64,000 nucleotides of DNA, taken from the NCBI GenBank assembly GCA_964629655.1, contig CAZVQU010000001.1, positions 420,056 through 484,055 of the forward strand, written 5' to 3'. Positions within the stretch are counted from its first letter, which is position 1. Each line of letters starts with the position of its first letter. A model generated the notes under the pieces. It was not told the origin of the DNA. It ran no database searches and saw only the letters and a list, made by a program, of their open reading frames with translations. The position numbers and the translations under genes were made by a program. Shown in pieces: positions 29,646 to 37,916 of the stretch. This DNA is from an uncultured Planctomycetia bacterium. GTDB lineage: Bacteria; Omnitrophota; Gorgyraeia; Duberdicusellales; 4484-171.

Positions 29646-31025
29646 ATGGAAAAAAAGGCACGTTTAGTAACACTTTTATTAATCTGCTTTCTGCTTCCCT
29701 TAAACATTTGGGCTGCAGCAAGCCTCTCAGTGGTTCCTCTCGAAGGAGGCAATAGCCTTCGCTTTGGAAGAATAACCTCCGACAGTACAATAAGCAAACA
29801 AGTCAGGATAAGAATTACTTCTGATTTAGGAGTAAAATACCAGGTCGAACAAAGACTGCTCGAGCCTTTGCGAAATGCTAGAGGCGAATCACTAAATGCT
29901 GATGTCTTTAATTTCTACACCTTAAGGGGCTCAAACCTAACTGGTAGCCTTTACCAAGACACACCTTACAGAGTAGATACTTTCAAAAGAATTCTTTATG
30001 TTTCAGCTGCTGCCGGTACCGGCGATTCTTTTTCAGTTATTTATTCAATTGACCCAAGTAAAATAAACATCTCGGGAAATTTCTTTGGTAGAATTTTATT
30101 TACTTTTACTCCTCTAGGCGCCGGTGGCACCCAAAGAGAAGTTATCCTTAATGTTTACTTTGAAACTGAGAAGAACTTTCAGGTAAGTCTAAGAACATCT
30201 TCTCAAAGCTCCCGAACCTTAAGACTTTCGTCAAGTAAGGATCAATTAGAGGGTTACTTACAAATTAGTGCCGAAGGTTCTTTAGGGCAAAAATACGAAG
30301 TAAAGCAAGTAGTCCAGGAGCCATTTAAAAATGAGAAGGGCGAAGTTATTCCCTTAGAGCTAGTTAAAGTATTCGCATCAAGCAGTAAAGGTCAAACCTA
30401 TGCCTCCTCTCCCACTCCTCTGGCTAGAAAGACTCTCCTGATATACGGTTCCGAGGCCCGAGGAGAAGGCGATGAAATCGTAGTTAACTTTTCTGTCAAC
30501 ACTGAAGACTTTGAAGAATTGCCGAGCGGTCATTTTAAAGCCCTAGTATTATATAATATCGAATCTCTGGGCTCTTTGATAAAAAGACTACCAGTAGATA
30601 TATCTTTAGAGATAAAGCCGATATTTGATATCGAAGTCGTCTCTGAATCTGTGGGGGGCTTATATTTTCGAAACTTAAAGCCCGACTCAGGATTAATAGA
30701 AAAAGAAATAATCATTAAAGTCCAAACTAATCTCAATCGGCCTTACAACGTTGTCCAAAATCTAAACACTCCGCTTGCTAATCAAAGCGGAAATACTATT
30801 CCTTTGCAATCCTTCCGCTTAAGAGAAGAAGAAAGTAAAGATAATCCAGGAAATATAATTTTTTCTCAATATACTCCTTTAAATTTAGGAGATACTAGAG
30901 TTTTTGCTTCTAATTCAACCGGTGATTCTTCAGAATTCAAAATCATTTATTCTTTGGAGGTTCCAAGGGACATGGTTGGCGGGGACTACTTTACAGGATT
31001 AAACTACTCTCTAGTAGAGAAATAA
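29646..31025 (+). CDS. Secreted protein with three tandem pilin-like beta domains (putative tip/minor subunit)
   Basis: Signal peptide; three repeats with YxVxQxxxxPxxNxxG ... SxxxGxxxxF/IxxxY/FS. Confidence 0.65.
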   Translation: MEKKARLVTLLLICFLLPLNIWAAASLSVVPLEGGNSLRFGRITSDSTISKQVRIRITSDLGVKYQVEQRLLEPLRNARGESLNADVFNFYTLRGSNLTGSLYQDTPYRVDTFKRILYVSAAAGTGDSFSVIYSIDPSKINISGNFFGRILFTFTPLGAGGTQREVILNVYFETEKNFQVSLRTSSQSSRTLRLSSSKDQLEGYLQISAEGSLGQKYEVKQVVQEPFKNEKGEVIPLELVKVFASSSKGQTYASSPTPLARKTLLIYGSEARGEGDEIVVNFSVNTEDFEELPSGHFKALVLYNIESLGSLIKRLPVDISLEIKPIFDIEVVSESVGGLYFRNLKPDSGLIEKEIIIKVQTNLNRPYNVVQNLNTPLANQSGNTIPLQSFRLREEESKDNPGNIIFSQYTPLNLGDTRVFASNSTGDSSEFKIIYSLEVPRDMVGGDYFTGLNYSLVEK

Positions 31026-31058
31026 ATTATAAAACCAAAAAAAAGGAGGTGAATTGGT

Positions 31059-31685
31059 GTGAAAAAATTGATTGCAGCCTTAATGTTAATCTCACTTGTA
31101 AGTTCAGCGAGTATTTGTTCAGCAGGAACTACTGCTAGTGTAGGTGTTCAGGCTACTGTTCCACAACAGTTGGAGCTAAGTAGCTGGATTCGCTATGCTC
31201 CTCCGGGAGTTGATCCTTACGGAACAGGCTCAGGGGATGCCGCAAGCTTAGACTTTGGTACTCTTGCCTTTGATGATACCTATCATACATGGACAGCCTC
31301 GAAATACTTTACTGTATTTCTTCTGGCTAGCTCATCAGGAAGGCCCTATAGGATTGAACAGACAAATACAGGTTTTGTTCTTGGCAGCACTACTCTTGAT
31401 AACAACTTGATTTTGACTCCTGACTATCAGTCAGGTGACGAGATAGTATCAGGAACTGCTCAAGGAAGCATACCTTCAGGAGACAGTTTCGGTGCTAAGA
31501 CATTAGCTTTGGGAACCAACAAGATAATCTACAATGGCACCTCAGGGCTATCAAGAATAGCAAGAGCATACTATGGTCTAGCTACAGGGGATGCTGGTGA
31601 GCCCTCGGGGGCAGAACCAATCACTGGAGACCAAATCTCAGGAACATATGCGGGAACAATAACTTTTTCTGTTGTTCTCCAATAA
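31059..31685 (+). CDS. Putative major pilin (chaperone-usher type)
   Basis: Strong AAGGAGGT RBS; signal peptide; N-terminal TASVGVQATVP; LDFG; C-terminal SGTYAGTITFSV. Confidence 0.7.
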   Translation: MKKLIAALMLISLVSSASICSAGTTASVGVQATVPQQLELSSWIRYAPPGVDPYGTGSGDAASLDFGTLAFDDTYHTWTASKYFTVFLLASSSGRPYRIEQTNTGFVLGSTTLDNNLILTPDYQSGDEIVSGTAQGSIPSGDSFGAKTLALGTNKIIYNGTSGLSRIARAYYGLATGDAGEPSGAEPITGDQISGTYAGTITFSVVLQ

Positions 31686-31730
31686 AGTTAAGTTGTAGAG
31701 ACATAGTACAAAACTTTTAAAGAAATCTAC

Positions 31731-31822
31731 TACACAAAGATGGCCACCGGTAGATTATCCAGATTAACACAGATATTCTGTGTTAATCTCGGTTTTAAAA
31801 ATACTGTGGCCGTCTTTGTGTA
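31731..31822. repeat. Nested inverted repeats after the pilin gene
   Basis: Outer 17-bp arms (31731-31747 / 31806-31822, one G-U) enclose perfect 13-bp arms AGATTAACACAGA / TCTGTGTTAATCT. Confidence 0.85.
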
Positions 31823-31842
31823 TAGTACAAAGAAGGAGATAA

Positions 31843-32640
31843 GTGCTTAAGAAAACTATTTTCCTATTTTTACTGTTTTTGTTGCCTTTCTCATCGTTTG
31901 CCTTAAGGATTGATAACCCTAAGATCAAACTCCAACTTTCTCCAAGCGACAATTACAGTGGAACTATTATTGTAGACAACCCCTCTAGTGATGAAGTCTC
32001 GGTAAAGACATACTTAGAAGACTTTACCTATGTCACTCCTTTTGATGGCGCTAAAGAGTTTTATGCTCAGGGCACAACAAAAGCATCCCTTTCGAAATGG
32101 ATAACCTTTTCTCCTCGAGAGTTCACATTGCAACCTTTTTCACGCCGAAGAGTTAATTTTTCAATAAGTCCTAAGTCTTCTTTCAATTCTGTTCGTTGTG
32201 GAGTTCTATTCTTTGAGACATCTATCGGAACTACCTATGAGAATGGCAAGGCGATAAATGTTGTGGGCAGAATCGGTTCTTTATTCTTTGTTGAACCAAA
32301 AAATAAGAGCAAGCGAGCAACTTTCACTAGTATTAAAGGCCTCTCTCATTCTTTAACCGGTGATTTTACTAACTCCGGTAATTCATTTATCCATGCTCAA
32401 GGCACATCCTATACCATAGATAACGAAGGCATGGTTAAAGATAGAAGTGTTTTAGAAGAAAGTTACCTTTTACCTAATGATAGTACCAAATTGCAAATGG
32501 CTTTATCTAGCGATTTAGCACCTGGCACTTACACGATGGTAATTACTTTTGATTTAGAGGAGGATGATTCTTTGGTTAAAGAAATTGATTTCTCTCTCTC
32601 AGGTTCAGGAAAAGTTACCGTCTTAGATGAGAGAAATTAA
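31843..32640 (+). CDS. Putative periplasmic pilus chaperone (PapD/DUF916-like)
   Basis: Signal peptide; VDNPS, WITFSPREFTL, FTNSGN, LAPGTY Ig-like motifs; lies between pilin and usher-like genes. Confidence 0.7.
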   Translation: MLKKTIFLFLLFLLPFSSFALRIDNPKIKLQLSPSDNYSGTIIVDNPSSDEVSVKTYLEDFTYVTPFDGAKEFYAQGTTKASLSKWITFSPREFTLQPFSRRRVNFSISPKSSFNSVRCGVLFFETSIGTTYENGKAINVVGRIGSLFFVEPKNKSKRATFTSIKGLSHSLTGDFTNSGNSFIHAQGTSYTIDNEGMVKDRSVLEESYLLPNDSTKLQMALSSDLAPGTYTMVITFDLEEDDSLVKEIDFSLSGSGKVTVLDERN

Positions 32641-35516
32641 TGCCGAAAAAAATCAAAATTCTTTTATTGTTTGTAGTTTTTTTATTTTGCTTCTCCTCTA
32701 TTCTCTATCCCCAATCTCGCTCTTGTAGGTATTTATTAGAGCTGGGTAAGTGGGAATTAAGAGACGACAACTACGAAAAAGCCCTCCATTACTTTCAAAT
32801 TGCTCAATTAATAGATCCCGAATCAAAGGAAGCCCTGTCTTATATTAACTTAATAAAACGGGCGCTTGAAGGCAGAATTATCCGTGATGAGATCTATGAC
32901 GAAGAAGAGATTGCCAGCTCAACAGAATCTATTCTGGAAGGAAAAAGCAAAGATAAAGAAAAGCAACGAGAAGTAATAAGTGATACTCTGACTTCTTGGG
33001 AGAAAAAAATAGCTGGAGGGAAAAAAGATCAGGAAAAAATTACTGTCTTCCCCCCTCTATACCTTAAAACTATCCAAGAGATCGAGGAAGAAAAAGGAAT
33101 CAAAGAAATAAAAGATACGGAAAAAGTAAAAAGAAAAGTAGCTCCTCATAAGAAAAAAACAGCTAAAAAAGAAGAAATAATCTACCTTACCTCTGAAACT
33201 AGGGATGAATTCCCTCTAACCATAAAAATCGCCCCCGGTGAATCATTCAAAATTGACTCTGAAACCTTAAAAAGATTTCTGATAGTCTCTCCGGGAGTAA
33301 TTAAAGTAGATAAGCTTGCCATTAATGCCTTGGGCGTCACTGCTGCCAGCCTCGGCTCTTCATTCTTACATGTTTGGGATGACGTCGGCAGGTGGACCTT
33401 TAATATAAAAATTATCCCTCCACGAGTAGTAGTGAAAACCGAACAACTTTGGGAAAAGCCTGATGGCTTTAAATTCATGTATAGTGCTGACTACAGCCAA
33501 TATTACAGAGGTGATAAGTTTGCTGACATGGAAAGGCAAACACTCACCTATGATGAAGGAGCAGCTATCGTCGGACCAACCCCCTATGGGGAGTTAGATG
33601 CTTCTGTAAATTGGTCACGGCTTAATAAGCAAAAGGAAGTAACCGGCTATACTGTAGGCTTAAGCGAAGGGCGTTTCTTGAATTTTAAAGATTTTTATAT
33701 CCGTGGTTTTGATTTTAGAGAAACTTTCTCGTCTTTATCATTCCCAGGAGAAACCTTAAAGGGTGTAGTCTTTAGATCACCGGCTTTTCATGAAAAAATC
33801 GAATATACTCTGCTTTACGGGCGACAAAAGCAATACTCATCAGGAATCATCTCTCCAGGGGTTATCGAAGAAGAAGACTCTTATATTGAAGGCTTACGGC
33901 TGAGCTTGTTCCCGCATAATAAACATAAGTTTTTCTTTAACTATGCTCACGGATTTGGCGAAGACAGAGAAGATTATCTTAAAGACGAGGTTTTCTCTTT
34001 CCAAAGTGAGCACAATTTCGGAAATCTTGATATCATAACTGAAGTAGCTTCAGATAAAGACTCTATAGGAGCCAACTTCTCTTCAAAAATCCAGATGCCC
34101 AAACTTAACTTAAATCTTTCTTTTCGCGATATCGAGAAGGATTTTGTTACTATCTCAGGTAGACCGCCTAACACCGGAGAAATTGGAGCTATCGCTGGTC
34201 TCGATTGGAATCCAAACGATAAGGTCTCCCTAAACTCAAGCCTAGATGTCTATAGAGATAGAGAGTTTTTTAATCCTGAAAACGAAAATGACCCTAATTT
34301 TAATTGGAATAATTATTTGAATATACGCTTATCACCCACTTCGAACTTAGCTACAAGTCTGTATTATATTAATTCTCCAGGCCTTCTCTCACCCCAAAGA
34401 AGTTTAAATGCCACTACTACCTATAGCAAAAGGTTTAACTGTAACCTCTTTGGTGATAGATCAATTAATACATTCCTTGGCTACAATTACCAGAGGAGCA
34501 TTAATCCCCTTTCACCGACCTCTGACTACAGACGTGACGGCATACTTAGCGGCTTACGCCTTCAATTAGCCGGAGACCTATATTATTACCTTAACTATAA
34601 CTTCTCCTGGGTAGATGAACTCTATACTGGTGAGGAATCAAAACCTTCGGTTACTGAGACCGGATTAGACTTCTACCACACCTTTAATCCTAATTTATCT
34701 TCTAACTTACGCTTAAGTTACCGTGATGAAGAGAATGCATCTGCTCTACACTCCTTCCTCTCTGGAGAAGATAGCCTCGAAGGAAGCCTAAACCTTACTT
34801 ACAGCCCTAAAAAAGGTGCTGAATTCTTCCTTGATGGAAGAGTAAGAAATGTCTGGGCCGAGAATGCTGGCACAGAAGAGTTTATCGAAGCTGACATACG
34901 ACTAGGAGCACGCTTATCCTGGGACAACTTCTTCAGCTGGTCACCGGAGACAACAATACAAGGTTTTGTATTCAAAGACTCTAATGGTAACGGGGAAAAA
35001 GATGATGATGAAATTGGAATACCTGGAGTAGAAATAATTGCCGGCCCTAAAAAAGTTACCAGCACCAAAAGTGGAAAATTTACTACTACAGTAAAGGCAA
35101 AAAGGATAATTGCTAATATCAACTTTAATAGTGCACCTAAAGGCTATATTTTAACTACTCCGGCATCTTTTAATTTAGATACCTCTACTGGCGAAAAACA
35201 TAACATAAATTTTGGCATATCTCCTCAATCAGGAATATACGGAGTTGTTTTTTACGACTCTAACGGAAATAATAAGCTGGATAAAAAAGATACTACTATT
35301 TCGGGAGTAAAGATAATCCTCAATCAGAAGAAAAAAACAGTTACCAATAGCGAAGGTGTTTATTTCTTCGGTGGTATTCCTACCGGAACCCATAGCTTAA
35401 CCTTTGATGTTAATTCTATACCTTTAGAATATTTGCCTAAGGTCTCGATAAAAAAAGAGGTAGATGTTTCTGAAGGACTTACCTACACCTACCATATCCC
35501 CTTGCAAAAGAAATAA
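32640..35516 (+). CDS. Putative usher-like outer-membrane protein (TPR, pilus-formation N domain, beta-barrel, two SdrD-B-like domains)
   Basis: Signal peptide; many alternating aromatic beta strands; GFVFKDSNGNG and GVVFYDSNGNN. Confidence 0.65.
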   Translation: MPKKIKILLLFVVFLFCFSSILYPQSRSCRYLLELGKWELRDDNYEKALHYFQIAQLIDPESKEALSYINLIKRALEGRIIRDEIYDEEEIASSTESILEGKSKDKEKQREVISDTLTSWEKKIAGGKKDQEKITVFPPLYLKTIQEIEEEKGIKEIKDTEKVKRKVAPHKKKTAKKEEIIYLTSETRDEFPLTIKIAPGESFKIDSETLKRFLIVSPGVIKVDKLAINALGVTAASLGSSFLHVWDDVGRWTFNIKIIPPRVVVKTEQLWEKPDGFKFMYSADYSQYYRGDKFADMERQTLTYDEGAAIVGPTPYGELDASVNWSRLNKQKEVTGYTVGLSEGRFLNFKDFYIRGFDFRETFSSLSFPGETLKGVVFRSPAFHEKIEYTLLYGRQKQYSSGIISPGVIEEEDSYIEGLRLSLFPHNKHKFFFNYAHGFGEDREDYLKDEVFSFQSEHNFGNLDIITEVASDKDSIGANFSSKIQMPKLNLNLSFRDIEKDFVTISGRPPNTGEIGAIAGLDWNPNDKVSLNSSLDVYRDREFFNPENENDPNFNWNNYLNIRLSPTSNLATSLYYINSPGLLSPQRSLNATTTYSKRFNCNLFGDRSINTFLGYNYQRSINPLSPTSDYRRDGILSGLRLQLAGDLYYYLNYNFSWVDELYTGEESKPSVTETGLDFYHTFNPNLSSNLRLSYRDEENASALHSFLSGEDSLEGSLNLTYSPKKGAEFFLDGRVRNVWAENAGTEEFIEADIRLGARLSWDNFFSWSPETTIQGFVFKDSNGNGEKDDDEIGIPGVEIIAGPKKVTSTKSGKFTTTVKAKRIIANINFNSAPKGYILTTPASFNLDTSTGEKHNINFGISPQSGIYGVVFYDSNGNNKLDKKDTTISGVKIILNQKKKTVTNSEGVYFFGGIPTGTHSLTFDVNSIPLEYLPKVSIKKEVDVSEGLTYTYHIPLQKK

Positions 35517-35780
35517 TTACTTTATTAACGCAGTCTTTAAAAGGACTCTCTGGCCCTCTCGGGTTACCTCCTCTATAGCTATTACTCTTTCCTCTTCGAC
35601 TATGACCCCATACTCAACCTCTTCGCTGGCCTCATCAACCTCTGTCGGTATAACAAATTCTTCATTAATCTCAACCCTTTGAGGAATAGTAAAAGAAGCT
35701 CTAACGACGGTAGTATTGCCAGCTAACACAGAAATAGGGATAATGACTAACAGCACAGAGATTAAAACATACTTACTCAT
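35517..35780 (-). CDS. Small secreted acidic protein with a pilin-like N-terminal strand
   Basis: Signal peptide ending VLA; AGGAGG RBS; AGNTTVVRASFTIPQRVEI. Confidence 0.75.
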   Translation of the reverse strand: MSKYVLISVLLVIIPISVLAGNTTVVRASFTIPQRVEINEEFVIPTEVDEASEEVEYGVIVEEERVIAIEEVTREGQRVLLKTALIK

Positions 35781-36012
35781 CTTGGCCTCCTTTCTTATCC
35801 TTCATCTCTAACTTCAAATCCTGGATTATTTGTTTTTTCAGCCAAAGATCCTTAGACACATGGACTATCTCTTTAATTACATGAGAACGGGCAACTTTCT
35901 TTCCGATTGCAAAATAGAGATCTTTTACTATCTTATCGAGAAAATCCAGCTCCTCCCTATTTATGAAGGAAACTACTTTGAAAAGGATTTGTTTTTTGCT
36001 ATGTTCTTTCAT
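35773..36012 (-). CDS. Small protein, possible ribbon-helix-helix DNA binder
   Basis: Beta strand KVVSFI, helix REELDFLDKI, then GKKVARSHVIKEIV; overlaps the next gene by 8 bp. Confidence 0.55.
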   Translation of the reverse strand: MKEHSKKQILFKVVSFINREELDFLDKIVKDLYFAIGKKVARSHVIKEIVHVSKDLWLKKQIIQDLKLEMKDKKGGQDE

Positions 36013-36024
36013 TTTTCTAAAATT

Positions 36025-36066
36025 AAAAAAGCCCTTTTAAGGCACACTCGATACCTAAAAAGGGCT
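36025..36066 (-). terminator. Second intrinsic terminator-like hairpin in the riboswitch leader
   Basis: AGCCCTTTT...AAAAGGGCT followed by a T tract. Confidence 0.6.
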
Positions 36067-36071
36067 ACAAT

Positions 36072-36103
36072 AAAAAAACCCTAAGGCAACTATCTTAGGG
36101 TTT
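36072..36103 (-). terminator. Riboswitch expression-platform terminator
   Basis: AAACCCTAAG-ATAGTTGC-CTTAGGGTTTTTTT. Confidence 0.75.
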
Positions 36104-36112
36104 ACTAACTCC

Positions 36113-36196
36113 CCCCTTTGGGTAACCCCTCTATCCTGGCAGGACAGGTGGTTTTGCGTCTCCCAATTACTCGGGATTTGCCTTTGTCCGAAGAGA
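36113..36196 (-). ncRNA. Cyclic-di-GMP-I (GEMM) riboswitch aptamer
   Basis: AAAGGCAAA-TCCCGA GTAA TTGGGA-GACGCAAAACC...GATAGAGGGGTTACC; P1 TCTCTTCGG/CCAAAGGGG. Confidence 0.88.
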
Positions 36197-36436
36197 CCTA
36201 ATTGTCAATCAGCTTACAATTAATTGATAACACATTTTTTGCAAAAAAACAAGTATATAAAAGGATAAAATTGCTTTTTTGCACTTTTACATTTAGACTA
36301 AAAAACCCAATACCTGATTGCCTTTTTTACTCTAGCTATGTTAGAAATGGGGGTTCTGGGAAAGATTTTACCTCAAAGCTGTGGGAAAAAATACCAGAAA
36401 GGTACTCATTCGGAAGTAGAGGGAGAGCAGAAAAAC

Positions 36437-36610
36437 CTACCAGCAATTCTCTCTAATCCACTCATCAGCCCGCTCAATTGCTTTCCAGGTATTATAGGCA
36501 TCATCAGCTAAACCCTTGCCAATGCCCCCTACTCCCATCTTTACTGTTTGACAACCGCTTACGACTACAAGAAAGACAAAAGAAAGTAAGCCTAAAATCA
36601 CCCTACGCAT
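36437..36610 (-). CDS. 57-aa small lipoprotein (entericidin-like), absent from the ORF track
   Basis: GGAGG RBS; MRRVILGLLSFVFLVVVSG-CQTVKMGVGGIGKGLADDAYNTWKAIERADEWIRENCW. Confidence 0.85.
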   Translation of the reverse strand: MRRVILGLLSFVFLVVVSGCQTVKMGVGGIGKGLADDAYNTWKAIERADEWIRENCW

Positions 36611-37916
36611 CAAAACCTCCTTGTTTCCAATAATTAATCAATCTACTTAACCTTTGACAAACTTTATCTTTCCCTAAAACTTCCATTGTCTCAAATAATC
36701 CCGGGCCAATTCTCTTTCCGGTTAAAGCAATGCGAGTAGGATGAACCAAATCTTTCATCTTCAACCCTAAATCTCCAATTGTAGCTCTAAACTCTTTTTC
36801 GATTGCCTCGGTATTAAACTCCTTAATCCCACTTAATCTTTTTATCAAAGCCTTAATCTCTTTTGAAAAATTTCTTTCTAGAATGCCTTTTGTATCTTCA
36901 CTATAGCTAAACTCATCATAAAAGCAAAATCGAGCCCAGTCAACTAAATCCGATAGTTTAAAAATCCTTCCTTGGAAAAGAGCAGCAACCTTCTCTAGAT
37001 AGCTTCTTTCTACCCCTTGGGGAAGAAAATCTTGAGTCTTTAAAAAACTTTCGACTAAATCAGTGAGCTCTTCTACTTTCATTGCCTTTATATACTCAGC
37101 GTTTACCCAATTGAGCTTATCGAGAGAGAATATTGCTCCGGTTTTATTAACATTCTTTACCTCAAAGATACTCTTCGCTTCGTCTAAAGAAAATATCTCT
37201 TTATTATCTCCCGGTGACCAACCTAAAAGCAAGAGATAATTAGCTATAGCCTTAGATAAATAACCCATTTCTTTGTACTCTCTGATTGAAGTTGCCCCAA
37301 ATCTCTTGGAAAGTCTTCCTCCTCCCGGAGATAAAATTAACGGAGCATGAGCAAATTGGGGCACTTTGAAACCTAACCCTTTATACATTAAAATTTGCTT
37401 AGGAGTATTAGATATATGATCCTCGCCTCTTATTACGCAACTTATCTTCATCAGGGCATCGTCAATGCAACAGCTAAAGTTATAAGTTGGAGAGTTATCG
37501 CTCTTTATGATTACTTCTTCGCTCTTAGGCAACTCAGTAAAGGTAATTTTTCCACGGATTAGATCATCTATTACTACACTCTGAAAATCATACTTAAAAA
37601 ATATTGCTCCCTCTTTATGATAAGCTTTGCCTTCTTTAACTAGCTTATTGGCATATTCAAGGTAAATATCAAAACGCTTAGACTGGTAGTGAATCTCATC
37701 CCAATCCATACCCAGCCATTTTATGCTTTCTAAGATCTCATCGAGGTATTCTTTCTTAGAACGCTCTAAATCAGTATCTTCGACTCGTAGAATAAATTCA
37801 CCACCGATATGCTTAGCATAAAGCCAATTAAATATACAGGTACGTGCTCCGCCAATATGTAAATACCCCGTAGGAGAAGGGGCAAATCTTACTCTTAAAC
37901 CATTTGAATTACTCAT
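36603..37916 (-). CDS. gltX: Glutamate--tRNA ligase
   Basis: RFAPSPTGYLHIGG, IRGEDH, RLSKR; start at MSNSNG. Confidence 0.96.
   Translation of the reverse strand: MSNSNGLRVRFAPSPTGYLHIGGARTCIFNWLYAKHIGGEFILRVEDTDLERSKKEYLDEILESIKWLGMDWDEIHYQSKRFDIYLEYANKLVKEGKAYHKEGAIFFKYDFQSVVIDDLIRGKITFTELPKSEEVIIKSDNSPTYNFSCCIDDALMKISCVIRGEDHISNTPKQILMYKGLGFKVPQFAHAPLILSPGGGRLSKRFGATSIREYKEMGYLSKAIANYLLLLGWSPGDNKEIFSLDEAKSIFEVKNVNKTGAIFSLDKLNWVNAEYIKAMKVEELTDLVESFLKTQDFLPQGVERSYLEKVAALFQGRIFKLSDLVDWARFCFYDEFSYSEDTKGILERNFSKEIKALIKRLSGIKEFNTEAIEKEFRATIGDLGLKMKDLVHPTRIALTGKRIGPGLFETMEVLGKDKVCQRLSRLINYWKQGGFDA

Noticed and set aside
36340-36415. Imperfect long hairpin (AATGGG..TTCTGG / CCAGAA..CTCATT) as a possible ncRNA
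   Set aside because: Pairing is weak and interrupted and matches no family I recognise
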